From: Paracoccaceae bacterium | GTDB taxonomy: Bacteria; Pseudomonadota; Alphaproteobacteria; Rhodobacterales; Rhodobacteraceae | Assembly: GCA_033344815.1 (NCBI GenBank) | Contig: JAWPMR010000001.1 | Span: forward strand, 46,136-110,135 | Direction of reading: 5' to 3' | Length of the DNA stretch: 64,000 nt | Shown: positions 30,008 through 40,345 of the stretch, one piece after another | How the letters are laid out: the number at the start of each line of letters is the position of its first letter | Position numbering within the stretch: position 1 is the stretch's first letter | Notes under the pieces: model-generated | The model's input: the letters and a program-made list of their open reading frames with translations, nothing else | Databases searched by the model: none | Told to the model about the DNA's origin: nothing | Program-made: the position numbers and the translations under genes

Positions 30008-30100
30008 GGGGAGTGAAATAGGCGCGATGTTTCAATCTGTCCACAAGGATGTGACTTCAGGTCGCGTGACCTCTTAACACTTATCGGCTAGGGGTGGAGG

Positions 30101-30853
30101 ATGTTTGGAATTGAGATCATTGACGCAGGCCTGCTCCCTGCGATGCTTGTGGCTCTGCTTGCCGGGGTTATCAGCTTCCTGAGTCCCTGTGTCTTGCCAA
30201 TTGTGCCGCCCTATCTGGCCTATATGAGTGGCGTTTCCCTGAACGAAATGTCGGGTGAAACGGCTGCGCGTCGGCGGGCGGTAATTGCCGCTTTGTTCTT
30301 TGTCTTGGGGCTCAGTACTGTTTTCCTGATCCTGGGATTCACGGCCTCCGTTTTCGGGGCGTTTTTTCTGCAGAATCAAGTGCTTTTTGCACAGGCCTCG
30401 GGCCTTGTCGTAATTGTCTTTGGCCTGCATTTTCTTGGACTGTTCCGCATCTCATTCCTGGATCAGGAGGCGCGTCTTGATGCCGGCGACAAGGGTGGGT
30501 CGAGCTTTGGCGCTTATATCTTGGGGCTTGCCTTTGCTTTTGGCTGGACGCCCTGTATCGGGCCACAACTCGGCGCAATCCTCTCTCTCGCCGCGTCAGA
30601 GGCCTCCGTCAGTCGGGGTACCTTGTTGTTGGGGGTTTATGCGGCCGGTCTGGGGATCCCGTTTCTGGTGGCGGCCATGTTCATCACGCGCGCAATGGGC
30701 GTCATGAACCAACTCAAGCGCCATATGAAACTGATCGAGCGTGTTATGGGTGGTTTGCTGGTGGTTGTTGGATTGGCGCTGGTGACAGGAGCCTTCACGA
30801 CGTTCTCTTGGTGGCTGCTCGAACGCTTTCCAGCGCTGGCCTCTCTGGGTTAA
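30101..30853 (+). CDS. ccdA: Cytochrome c biogenesis CcdA-family protein
   Basis: SFLSPCVLP and FGWTPCIGP redox Cys motifs; multi-TM. Confidence 0.92.
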   Translation: MFGIEIIDAGLLPAMLVALLAGVISFLSPCVLPIVPPYLAYMSGVSLNEMSGETAARRRAVIAALFFVLGLSTVFLILGFTASVFGAFFLQNQVLFAQASGLVVIVFGLHFLGLFRISFLDQEARLDAGDKGGSSFGAYILGLAFAFGWTPCIGPQLGAILSLAASEASVSRGTLLLGVYAAGLGIPFLVAAMFITRAMGVMNQLKRHMKLIERVMGGLLVVVGLALVTGAFTTFSWWLLERFPALASLG

Positions 30854-31052
30854 TCCGGTCCGCCTTGCAAACTCTGTCAAAGACGAGGGCCGCATTTTCC
30901 AGAATGAAGGCATGCATTGCGGCACTTAGGTGCCGCGCATTTGGATAACACGACATATTTGGTTGGCGACTGTCCGGCGCTAACATGTACCATCCTGCGT
31001 GGGACTGTTCTATGGAGTGACGAACAGCCGGAATCAGAAGGATAACTCAGAT

Positions 31053-31943
31053 ATGTCAGACACCAACGCGATGCGGGATCAAATTAAATCTGGCGCGGGA
31101 TTCATCGCGGCCCTGGACCAGTCCGGCGGGTCGACACCCAAAGCGTTGAGCCTTTATGGCGTTGAACCATCTGATTATTCTGGCGATGCGGAAATGTTCA
31201 AGGCGATGCACGACATGCGCGCCCGGATTATTCTTGCTGACGACTTTACAAGCAAAAAAATTATCGGGGCGATCCTGTTTGAGCGCACAATGCACGACAC
31301 GATCAATGACAAACCGGTGGCGGAGTTATTGTGGAGTGACCGCGGGGTGGTTCCGTTTCTGAAGATCGACAAAGGATTGGAAGAACAGGCGGACGGGGTT
31401 CAACTTCTGAAACCGATGCCGGGTCTGGAAGACTTGCTGGCTGACGCAAAGTCGAAAGGTATCTTTGGTACAAAAGAGCGTTCCGTGGTGAATGAGGCCA
31501 ATGCCAAAGGCGTAGCTGACATTGTGGCCCAACAGTTTGACGTGGCGCGCACCGTTATTGCGGCCGGGTTGGTGCCGATCCTGGAGCCGGAAGTGAATAT
31601 TCATTCCGAGACCAAAGCCGAGGCCGAGGCGCTTCTTGAAGCAGAAATCGCAAAGCATCTTGATGCGCTTGAGGGCGATGTTGATGTCATGTTGAAGCTG
31701 ACCTTGCCCGACCAACCGGGCCTCTATGACGGGCTCGCCGCACACCCGCGTGTTCTACAGGTTGTTGCGCTGTCGGGGGGATATTCAACAGATGTGGCAT
31801 CGGCGAAACTTTCCGAAAACAAACATATGATCGCAAGTTTCAGCCGGGCGCTGACCGAAGGGTTGAACGTGAAAATGAGTGATGCCGAATTTGGCACGGC
31901 TCTCGGGGCCAACATCGAAAAAATCTACCGCGCGTCTGTTTGA
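31053..31943 (+). CDS. Class I fructose-bisphosphate aldolase
   Basis: AALDQSGGSTPKAL, PFLKIDKG, PILEPEV, VALSGGY, ASFSRAL. Confidence 0.95.
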   Translation: MSDTNAMRDQIKSGAGFIAALDQSGGSTPKALSLYGVEPSDYSGDAEMFKAMHDMRARIILADDFTSKKIIGAILFERTMHDTINDKPVAELLWSDRGVVPFLKIDKGLEEQADGVQLLKPMPGLEDLLADAKSKGIFGTKERSVVNEANAKGVADIVAQQFDVARTVIAAGLVPILEPEVNIHSETKAEAEALLEAEIAKHLDALEGDVDVMLKLTLPDQPGLYDGLAAHPRVLQVVALSGGYSTDVASAKLSENKHMIASFSRALTEGLNVKMSDAEFGTALGANIEKIYRASV

Positions 31944-32170
31944 ACGCGTGACAGACGGTCCTGCAAATCGCGCAGGACAAACAGGCGGATCGCGGAGGCC
32001 AGCCCCATGCTGTTACCGCGTTCCACATCAATTTCAGCGATCAAGACATTGATGGGCTTTGATTTTTCTGACGCAATATCGCGCAGCGCCTTCCAAAACT
32101 CGTCCTCCAGAGAGATAGACGTCCGGTGACCTTTCAAGGTCACCGAATGCTTTATGGGGCGCCGGTTCAT
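31925..32170 (-). CDS. Ribbon-helix-helix domain protein
   Basis: KHSVTLKGHRTSISLEDEFW...LASAIRLFVL. Confidence 0.9.
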   Translation of the reverse strand: MNRRPIKHSVTLKGHRTSISLEDEFWKALRDIASEKSKPINVLIAEIDVERGNSMGLASAIRLFVLRDLQDRLSRVQTDAR

Positions 32171-32343
32171 GTCTCGCGCTTGTGAGCGTCCAGATTGCGC
32201 GCGATCTTTTCGGCTTTGGCTTTCAACAGGTTTTTTTGCGCTTTGCTTTGACCAAAGCTGACGGCGTTTTCGTCAGCCCGCGCCTTGCGCGAGGCCCGGT
32301 TGCGTTCTTTCTTGACCTTGTTGAGGTTGATGGGCGTACTCAT
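32167..32343 (-). CDS. DUF4169-family small protein (58 aa, not in the ORF track)
   Basis: [37 protein letters not shown]...; overlaps both the fumC stop and the RHH start by 4 nt. Confidence 0.88.
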   Translation of the reverse strand: MSTPINLNKVKKERNRASRKARADENAVSFGQSKAQKNLLKAKAEKIARNLDAHKRET

Positions 32344-33731
32344 TTTGGTCCGATCATATTTTCGGGGCGCACGACGCGTTCAAATGTTTCTGCGTCCACG
32401 AAACCCAATGAAATCGCTTCTTCCTTCAGTGTGGTTCCGTTTTTATGCGCAGTCTTGGCGACCTTTGTGGCATTGTCATAGCCAATTTCCGGAGCCAGTG
32501 CTGTCACGAGCATCAAGGATTCGCGCATCAGCTTTTCTATCCGGTCTGCGTCCGCCTTCAAATCAACCACGAGGTTATCCGTAAATGCTGACGCCGCATC
32601 ACCCAACAGTTGCATGGATTGCAGAACGTTATAGGCCATCATCGGCTTGTAAACGTTCAATTCAAAATGCCCCTGAGACCCGGCAAACCCTACAGCAGCG
32701 TCGTTGCCGAACACATGTGCGCAGACCTGCGTGAGGGCTTCGCATTGGGTCGGGTTCACTTTGCCTGGCATGATGGAGGAGCCCGGCTCGTTTTCTGGCA
32801 AAACCAACTCCCCCAGACCGCAGCGCGGCCCGGATCCCAAAAGGCGAATGTCGTTTGCGATCTTGAACAGTGACGCGGCAACGGTTTTCAGCGCACCTGA
32901 GATTTCGACCATGGCATCATGAGCGGCGAGCGCTTCGAATTTATTGGGGGCGGTGACAAAGGGCAGGCCGGTGATTTCGGCCATGTTCGCGGCAACCGTC
33001 ACGTCCCACCCTTTAGTAGTGTTCAAACCGGTGCCCACGGCGGTGCCGCCTTGTGCGAGCTCGTTTATGCGGCCTAAAGCGTCTTTGACCCGCTGGATGC
33101 CCATCGCGACCTGATGCGTATATCCCGAGAACTCCTGAGACAGGGTCAGTGGCGTGGCGTCCTGCGTGTGGGTGCGTCCAATCTTTATGATGCCGTCAAA
33201 TTCCTCGACTTTGGCCTGCAAGGCGGCGTGCAGCTTTTCAAGACCGGGCAAGAGCACGTCGCGCGCCGTCATCGCCGTGGAGATATGCATTGCGGTGGGA
33301 AAGGTGTCGTTGGACGATTGCCCCATGTTGCAGTGATCATTGGGATGCACGGGGTCTTTGGACCCGATTTCGCCGCCCAGAATTTCGATGGCGCGATTGG
33401 CAATGACTTCATTGGCGTTCATATTGGATTGCGTGCCCGATCCGGTCTGCCAGACCACCAGCGGGAAATTGTCGTCAAATTTACCCTCCACAACCTCGCC
33501 TGCGGCCTGCACAATCGCGTTTCCCCGCTCTGCGTCCAGTTTGCCCAAGGCGATATTGGCCTGTGCGCAGGCTTTCTTGATCACGCCGAGGGCGCGCACC
33601 ACAGCAATCGGTTGTTTTTCCCAGCCGATGGGGAAGTTGATGATGGAGCGCTGCGTCTGCGCGCCCCAGTATTTTTCTGCGGGAACTTCCAGGGGGCCAA
33701 AGCTGTCGGTTTCGGTGCGGGTCTGAGCCAT
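32340..33731 (-). CDS. fumC: Class II fumarate hydratase
   Basis: [36 protein letters not shown]. Confidence 0.98.
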   Translation of the reverse strand: MAQTRTETDSFGPLEVPAEKYWGAQTQRSIINFPIGWEKQPIAVVRALGVIKKACAQANIALGKLDAERGNAIVQAAGEVVEGKFDDNFPLVVWQTGSGTQSNMNANEVIANRAIEILGGEIGSKDPVHPNDHCNMGQSSNDTFPTAMHISTAMTARDVLLPGLEKLHAALQAKVEEFDGIIKIGRTHTQDATPLTLSQEFSGYTHQVAMGIQRVKDALGRINELAQGGTAVGTGLNTTKGWDVTVAANMAEITGLPFVTAPNKFEALAAHDAMVEISGALKTVAASLFKIANDIRLLGSGPRCGLGELVLPENEPGSSIMPGKVNPTQCEALTQVCAHVFGNDAAVGFAGSQGHFELNVYKPMMAYNVLQSMQLLGDAASAFTDNLVVDLKADADRIEKLMRESLMLVTALAPEIGYDNATKVAKTAHKNGTTLKEEAISLGFVDAETFERVVRPENMIGPK

Positions 33732-33954
33732 GATGTCATCCGTGTTTTTGTGCTACCCGGGGTGTACAGTTGCCTGCGTTGCGGCGCAACAAGGTCTTGG
33801 CAATCACGGTCCTGCGCGGTGTTATGATCCAATAGAACGCGTTAGTTTGGATTGCATTGTTGAATAGATGCCGCCGCGTGTTATCTTGTATGGTGCAAGA
33901 AGCTCGTCTCGACCCGCCACTCGGCGTGGTTGCGTCGCCAGAAGGATCGGCAAC

Positions 33955-34509
33955 ATGTCATCAGCCCCGCAAACGCTCAGATGCTATTTGACGCGGGTCT
34001 TTCTGGCGGTAGGACTTATCATGTGTGCGGCGGCCGCTCAGGCGGACATTTCGCGTTTTGTTGGTGTCTATGACGGATCGGCCACGGTCACCTCTGCTGA
34101 TGGCACCAAACGCGAGCGTGACATGAATGTGGAAATCTTTGAAACACGATACGGGTTCAAGGTGAACTGGACGTCCACGACCTACCGGGCTGATGGATCG
34201 ACAAAAGCGAAGTCATATTCGATCGAGTTTGTGCCTTCTGATCGCGGCGAAGTCTACGCGGCGGCGATGAAACGCAATGTTTTCGGGCATGACGTGCAGA
34301 TGGATCCGATGCAGGGAGAACCCTACGTCTGGAGCCGAATCCACGATGAAACGCTGAGTGTATATTCGCTTTTCGTAGCAGAGGACGGCGGCTATGAGAT
34401 ACAGCAGTTCGACAGAACCCTTGCGGATGGCGGATTACGTCTGGACTACAAAAGTGTACGCAACGGTGAAATCCAACGCACCGTTTCCACCTTTCTGACA
34501 AAGCAATAG
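33955..34509 (+). CDS. Exported hypothetical protein
   Basis: Hydrophobic leader ending AAAQA-D; beta-rich body; start uncertain. Confidence 0.75.
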   Translation: MSSAPQTLRCYLTRVFLAVGLIMCAAAAQADISRFVGVYDGSATVTSADGTKRERDMNVEIFETRYGFKVNWTSTTYRADGSTKAKSYSIEFVPSDRGEVYAAAMKRNVFGHDVQMDPMQGEPYVWSRIHDETLSVYSLFVAEDGGYEIQQFDRTLADGGLRLDYKSVRNGEIQRTVSTFLTKQ

Positions 34510-34544
34510 GTTGGGTGCACGGCGTCAAGCCGCAGCATCCTTAT

Positions 34545-35066
34545 CTATTTGCGAAAGCTGTCCAAAGACACAATATCGGCGTCTTTGGCATCTTTTGTGG
34601 CCGGCTCATCCGTGCTGGCGGGTGTTTCAGCCGCAGGTTTGACGGCCGGAACCGGCGCTGTTGGCAGCGTGGAAAGCTCTGTTCCGGTGGCCACTGTGTC
34701 TTCGCCGTCTTCTTCCTGCGTTTCAAAGCGCAGGCCGAATTCAACAGATGGATCAACGAAGGTCTTGATCGCGTCGTATGGGATGTAGAGCGGCTCCGGC
34801 GCATCTCCAAAGTTCAGCGTTACGGCAAACCCGTCCGTGCCAACTTCCAGATTCTCGTACCAATGTTGCATGACCACGGTCATCTCGCCGGGGTACCGGT
34901 CTGACAGCCAATCCGCCAACTCTGCATCCGGGTGGCTGGTGTCAAACGTGATAAAGAAATGATGCGCTCCGGGCAGACCATGGGATGAAACATCCTCAAG
35001 AACCTTTTTGATGAGGCCGCGCATGGCCTCATGCATCAGGTTTCCATAATCAATGCTGCTGCTCAT
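34545..35066 (-). CDS. sspB: ClpXP adaptor SspB (alphaproteobacterial type)
   Basis: GLPGAHHFFITF, YPGEMTVVMQH, FVDPSVEFGLRF, C-terminal VSLDSFRK. Confidence 0.94.
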   Translation of the reverse strand: MSSSIDYGNLMHEAMRGLIKKVLEDVSSHGLPGAHHFFITFDTSHPDAELADWLSDRYPGEMTVVMQHWYENLEVGTDGFAVTLNFGDAPEPLYIPYDAIKTFVDPSVEFGLRFETQEEDGEDTVATGTELSTLPTAPVPAVKPAAETPASTDEPATKDAKDADIVSLDSFRK

Positions 35067-35158
35067 CGTGATCCTCTGAGCTGTCCCGGTTGCGTGGCTA
35101 AAGCATAGCCGATTCCCGCGCAGAGTGAAGAGGCTGCATGCTCAAAATCGCGCACGCG

Positions 35159-36406
35159 TCAGAACAGGCTCGTCAACACACCCGCCAGTGCCATGATAAC
35201 AAGCGTTTCTACCATGCCGCGTTTTGATATGAGCATTAGAACGGCCGCCAGACCCGTTAATCCCAGCGCTTTAAAGCTCAAGGACGCCAGTTCCGGTACT
35301 GGCGCCGCGTGCCACGTGGCAGTTGATGTTTGTGTAAACAACACGTGAAGGGCGAACCAGATGGCAAGATTTAAAATGACGCCGACAACACAGGCCGTAA
35401 TGGCGGACAGGGCTGATGATAGTCTTGGTTTGCTGGAAATGATGTCAAGGTAAGGCCCAGCGAGGAAGATCCATAAAAAACATGGCGTGAAGGTCACCCA
35501 GAGTGCGACCGTACCAGCGGCGAGGGCGAGACCAATCCCACCTTGGGCGAACCCGGCCAGGAGTGCCACGAACTCAGTGACAAGGATCAGCGGCCCGGGC
35601 GTCGTTTCCGCCAGCCCCAAGGCGTCGATCATCTGTGCTGTGGTGATCCAGCCGAAATCCTGAACAACCGTTTGAGTCATATAGGCAAGTACGGCGTAAG
35701 CGCCGCCAAATGTCACCACGGCGAGCTTGGAAAAGAAAAGCGCGATTTGCGTCAAGAATACCTGATCCGTTACCCACAGGACACCAACCGGAAGGGCCCA
35801 AAGGCTGGCCCAGATTGCAAGGGTTTTCAGCGTGTTTGGTGCAATATCCGCAGCCGGTGTTTCGGGCGGCGTGCCGGTGTTTTGCATCATCGCGCCATAA
35901 AGGGCCGCCAGCACAATGATCAGCGGGAAGGGCAGGCCAAAGACGAACAAAGCCACAAAGGCAGCCGCCGCCAGCACCCATGCGTCGCGGGTTGTGAGCG
36001 CCTTGCGGGACACTTTCAATAGGGCTTGTAAAACGATAATGATAACGGCGGCTTTGACCCCCTCAAATGCCGCCTGGACCAGTGGCACCTCACCATAGAC
36101 GGCATAGCCCATCGCCAGCAGAAGGATCACCAGCGCTCCGGGAACAACAAAGAGCAAACCGGCGATCAAACCACCAAGCGTGCCACGCAGTCGCCATCCG
36201 GCGTAGGTGGCAAGCTGCATGGCCTCCGGTCCGGGCAGCAACATACATAAAGAGAGGGCGCGCAGAAAACTCTGTTCACTCAGCCAGTCACGGGTTTCGA
36301 CCAACTCTCGGTGCATCAGTGAAATTTGCGCTGCCGGACCGCCAAAGGACAACAACCCAATGCGACCAAAGACGTGAATTAACTCCTGCGTTGACGGGGC
36401 TGTCAT
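35159..36406 (-). CDS. chrA: Chromate efflux transporter (long-chain CHR)
   Basis: SFGGPAAQ, LPGPEA, TFGGAYA, ETTPGPLI. Confidence 0.93.
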   Translation of the reverse strand: MTAPSTQELIHVFGRIGLLSFGGPAAQISLMHRELVETRDWLSEQSFLRALSLCMLLPGPEAMQLATYAGWRLRGTLGGLIAGLLFVVPGALVILLLAMGYAVYGEVPLVQAAFEGVKAAVIIIVLQALLKVSRKALTTRDAWVLAAAAFVALFVFGLPFPLIIVLAALYGAMMQNTGTPPETPAADIAPNTLKTLAIWASLWALPVGVLWVTDQVFLTQIALFFSKLAVVTFGGAYAVLAYMTQTVVQDFGWITTAQMIDALGLAETTPGPLILVTEFVALLAGFAQGGIGLALAAGTVALWVTFTPCFLWIFLAGPYLDIISSKPRLSSALSAITACVVGVILNLAIWFALHVLFTQTSTATWHAAPVPELASLSFKALGLTGLAAVLMLISKRGMVETLVIMALAGVLTSLF

Positions 36407-37218
36407 GCGGGTGCCTCTTGCCAGTCATGTGTTTCGTTCTGGCCGTCGCGGGCCCACTGATAGAGGGCGTCATAGATCACCATACCCGCGTCCAGTTGCT
36501 CCAGGTCGTCCCGAAACCCGCGTGACAGACCCACCGAGAGGGCAAGCAACCCGGCGCATTCCGGGGCCAAAGCATGATCATTTGTGTCTGCGCCCCGGAC
36601 CACCACGGCCATTCTTTCCAAAGCGGGAATATTCAACCCAAACCCGGCCAGCATATTATCAAAGGTGCAAAGCGCACCGCTGTGGGTCCAGGGTGCGCCG
36701 GGAACATCAAAGGCAGTTGCCTGAAATTTTTCGGCAACATTGGCAACTTCGGCGGGCGGTACAAAGAGAATTTGCGCTTTGGGGTCTATAAATCGTCGGA
36801 TCAACCATGGGCAAGCGATCCGGTCAATCTTGGTGCGCCATTTGGTCACCCAGCGCGTGCCGGTCATGGTGGGAGGCAACTGTGACGCTGGGATGCGTGG
36901 CAGCTTGAGTGCGTGCCAGGCCAGATTCCCGCCCTCCAGGGCTTCCGCCCGAATACCAAGCGTACGCAGGAGCGCGGCGGCACCATGGCTGAGTTTCAAA
37001 CCTTTCTGGCACACCACGACCACATGTTTGCCCGGCAGCTCCGGCGCAAGCTCTTGGATGGATTGATGGGGGCATCTTTGTGCGGTCGGTATCAAGTAGG
37101 GATCGTCGTTGAAATCTTGCTCTATGCAAACGTCGATGATTACGGGCGCCTGCGGCGTTCCGATCAGTCGCATCAGGGAATTTGGGGTGATCGAGGCAAA
37201 TTGTGCCATGAAATGCAT
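36403..37218 (-). CDS. chrB: ChrB-like protein (rhodanese plus ChrB C-terminal domain)
   Basis: VVVVCQKG, LEGGNLAW, KIDRIACPWLIRRFID, LCTFD; GTG/TGA overlap with chrA. Confidence 0.85.
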   Translation of the reverse strand: MHFMAQFASITPNSLMRLIGTPQAPVIIDVCIEQDFNDDPYLIPTAQRCPHQSIQELAPELPGKHVVVVCQKGLKLSHGAAALLRTLGIRAEALEGGNLAWHALKLPRIPASQLPPTMTGTRWVTKWRTKIDRIACPWLIRRFIDPKAQILFVPPAEVANVAEKFQATAFDVPGAPWTHSGALCTFDNMLAGFGLNIPALERMAVVVRGADTNDHALAPECAGLLALSVGLSRGFRDDLEQLDAGMVIYDALYQWARDGQNETHDWQEAPA

Positions 37219-37318
37219 CCTTATGTCGTCTCAACAGGATGCGATACTTGGGCCTGAGCCTCACGGGGCGATCGCGATATCCCCATATCACAGGGGTCGC
37301 ACGAAAAAGATCATAAGG

Positions 37319-37763
37319 TCAATGCGAGAATACGTTCACGTCACCGGTGTCGCGCCCGGCAAGAGGCGTGGGTGTTTTCAGGCCATTGGCCTGCCTGTTC
37401 GAAAAAGCAAATGCTGGGCAGCTCTCAACTTTGAGGTTGGCGTCAAATCGCAGTATTAACTGCTGACAGGTTTTGATCGGCACCCCTTTCGACGCCTTGG
37501 TGACCTTGATCCCCGACATGGCGCTCAACCCATGTTCGTCTTCAATCCTGTGAAGGATTGTTACCATGATGTCGATCACAAGAGTTTGCAAAACACAGAC
37601 CCATTCGCGCACTTCAGCTGGTTCAATGCCAAATCTGGGCGCGATGTAGTGATTGGTGGGGGCTGCCACGAAATAGACGTCAATCACGCCCAGATTGTCA
37701 TCTTCCCAGATGTCGTTGTACCACTGGTTCAGAATTTCAGCCCTGAACACAACAACCGGTCAA
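37319..37763 (-). pseudogene. SnoaL/NTF2-like (ester cyclase-like) gene, apparently disrupted at both ends
   Basis: RAEILNQWYNDIW...IEDEHGLSA...LILRF. The strong RBS AAGGAGG (37774-37780) precedes a TTG that is out of frame with the body. The C-terminal FFEQAGQWPENT motif lies in another frame. Confidence 0.5.
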
Positions 37764-37849
37764 CAGGGATTAGCCTCCTTAAATTTGAGAACATATCCAT
37801 TTCCACAAGCTTAACAAAAGCTTCCAGGTCGCTGAATTCATTGGGTAAA

Positions 37850-38152
37850 GTGCAGGCTTCTGTTGCCAGGTGCCTGCGAACCCCGCCTTAGGTCGCTAAA
37901 CGTAAGGACTTAGATTTCAGTATCTCAGGTCGCTTACGCGGCCATCGCTACTGGAGCACGATTGTCATTTGCAATTGTACATGTTTCGCCGATAACGGTG
38001 GCAGACAGCCGAAACAAAGCAAACCCCTTTAGACGTTCGTCGATCCTATTTCGACCCCATGATCCCCAAATGAAGGATGTTTGGTGGAGTCGCCGGGTAC
38101 CGCCCCCGGGTCCGATCCGCTTATTGCGAGCGCGTTTATGTCCATAGTCCCG
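37850..38152 (-). ncRNA. ssrA: Two-piece (circularly permuted) tmRNA
   Basis: Acceptor piece ends ...GGGGGCGGTACCCGGCGACTCCACCA (CCA at 38084-38082). After a spacer the coding piece starts GGGGTCGAA at 38058. Tag frame 37972-37934 reads ANDNRAPVAMAA*. Confidence 0.95.
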
Positions 38153-38250
38153 AAGGACATCTTAAACATAGGCGCAACTGCGTCTGATCACAAGGGACAC
38201 CCGCATGGGGCTGATCGCATTATCGCGCTCAATTTTAAAGGTTCCGGTCT

Positions 38251-38601
38251 TTACAGGTTGGCAGCAAGGAACCACAGCGCCAAGGCTGCTTCGATCCCAC
38301 CAAAAATCAGGACTTTGCGCAGGGGCGGTTTGTCAAAAATCAGTGAGGCGACACGTCCGGTGGCTGCCCCGGCAAAGGCAAAGCCGATCATTGCAAAAGC
38401 GATGGGCGTTTGCATCCAGAGCGCGGCCAAACCTGCAACAACGAAAAGCCCGCCGACGGAGGCGCGCATTTCACTGAGACCCATAGTTGACACGGTTGGC
38501 GCCAGATCCAGAGCCGACGCGGTATAGCGCGGGGCCAGAAACCCGAAAAGGCCAAAGCCAACGGTTAGAAGGCACGCGATTGTGTTAAAGACGTCGATCA
38601 T
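38251..38601 (-). CDS. DUF4345-like small membrane protein
   Basis: Four TMs; GLSEMRASVGGLF; GRVASL. Confidence 0.8.
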   Translation of the reverse strand: MIDVFNTIACLLTVGFGLFGFLAPRYTASALDLAPTVSTMGLSEMRASVGGLFVVAGLAALWMQTPIAFAMIGFAFAGAATGRVASLIFDKPPLRKVLIFGGIEAALALWFLAANL

Positions 38602-38878
38602 GCGCAAGAGGTAGCAGTCTTTTGCAGGGGCGCAAGAGGCGGCGTTTGCATCGCTGGGGACCACGGTTGCCAGTTTGGACGCGAATCATGGGTTAATCCC
38701 AACGGGGCAACGGCGCGGCATCATGCACCCGGCGTACACACCCTGTACACAGACTGTGCACCGCCTCTGTGCCGGTGGGCGATATAATGATGCGTGCGGC
38801 GGAATATGTGAAGCAATGGTTCACCGCCCCTATGTGGGGAGGCTCGTTTGCGAGTTTTTGGTTTGAGCGGGTGCCCTT

Positions 38879-39600
38879 GAGACGAAAGCGCAGGCGCGTT
38901 TTTACGATTTTTAGACCAGAGCCTGCCTCTCGGGCCTGCTGCAGCAGCGATTGGCAGGGTACTCTGATATTGCTCACCTGGATAGTGGACGCGGGCGCGC
39001 ACAGCTTTGTCAGTTGTGATGTTTTCGATCTGCCCGACTGTGAAGCAAGGTTGGGCCCTGTTCAGAATTTGATCATGGGCCGAAAGCGCTCGTTCGGCAT
39101 GGTGCGCGCCGCGCGCGGGCAAGGGCTTCGTCCAAGCGCTGTTTTCATTTGCTATGGGCATCCTGCGTTGGCCATCTGCGGATGCGACGCGCTTTATGAT
39201 GGGTGCAATTGTCTCTGGGAACAAATTCGCCACCTTTATCTGGCCCATATGTCCGGATCGATTGTCCGTCTTGTTCGCGGTTGAGCCTAAAGACCAACTG
39301 CTGTCCATCTGGGCAGATGCGGGCACCGGCTTGCATGGTACAGGCAATGGTCGCCAGGCCGACTGGCCCGCGCATTAACCCAAGGGGCCGGATGTTTGGG
39401 CAAAGAGACCGCATTTCCTACCTCATCTCGGGTCGGGATTTCCGGGCGCTTGCCGCTTTACTTCTCAGCCATGGCCTCTATCCGACCAAGGGTCATGGCA
39501 AGACGGGGAGCGAGCTTTGCGTCGCAAACGTTCGCAGATCAATCTGCCGAGAGGACGGCGTCATCTATGGGCGTCCCGATCATGGCCGCGCGGGGTGACG
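38879..39600 (+). pseudogene. Heavily decayed class I SAM-dependent methyltransferase
   Basis: Fragments in expected order across frames: AQARFYD, LSGLLQQR...HLDSGRG (motif I, 38978-38995), KVGP, GILRWPSADATRFMMGAIVSGNKFATFIW (like GxMFFPDxxAAxxEMxRVLxPGGRFAFxVW), GRMFGQRDRISYLISGRDF (like GPFAFADPDRVxxILxxAGF). Multiple stops. Confidence 0.5.
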
Positions 39601-39884
39601 GTGCGCATGCCGATCAGGCGGTTCTCGGCTTCAGCCACTGTTTGCAAATTGCTGCTGAAGACGCGCGCAATGCCGAGCTTCGTTTCCGTGCACCGCGCCC
39701 GGGTTTCTCGGCGAGACATCTATTTTGCCCGTTTCATCCGCACGCTTGTCGATTGAGCTATTACCCGCAGACGTTCCAGTTTGGGCAGGGCGCGCGGCAT
39801 CCGCGGTTCCTCCTGCTCTAATCTGGTCGGGTCGAACGCTTCATCAGCGCGATCCGGATTGCCCGGGTAACATTCAATAGCCCT

Positions 39885-40345
39885 ATGGATCCCACTCCTT
39901 TTTGGCGCAGCTTGCCTCGCGCATGTCTTTGCCGTGGCATCCGCCGCCTTCACCCGGGCCGCATAAATGCCGACAAGGTTTCCATCGAACGGATCCGTAT
40001 CGTGGCAAGCAAGCATCGCACCGCGCGCAAGCCTTGCGGATTGCTTGATCTTTTTCAGCGCCAGTGATCTTCGAAAACAATTATTCATCGCTCAAACACC
40101 TCGCGCGTTCTGCGATGGTTTCGATGTCGGGTTTCAATGGGAATATCAGCCAAATCCGTCCCGGATTGCGACCACATGTCCGTGCCAGCCGATGCGACAT
40201 CTGGGGTTGGTTCACCTGCCCATGGAGACAGCTGCGCACCTCCTCAGAGGCATCCGGGGTGGATCTGTGGCGGCAGGTTTAATCCGAAACCCAACCGTTC
40301 ACCGCCAAGACTGCAGCGGGCCCGGTCTGTCGCGCCATACCCCTG
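39885..40345 (+). pseudogene. Decayed AraC-family regulator
   Basis: SLAD..IF/SAPVIFENNYSSLKHLARSAMVSMSGF (first HTH), then W...RQLRTSSEASGVDLWRQV*SETQPFTAK (second HTH, with TAA at 40280-40282 where GY is expected). Confidence 0.45.

Noticed and set aside
40190-40240. LVHLPME as a divergent polysaccharide deacetylase motif
   Set aside because: No flanking NNHMGS or PGP motifs; another frame fits AraC better.
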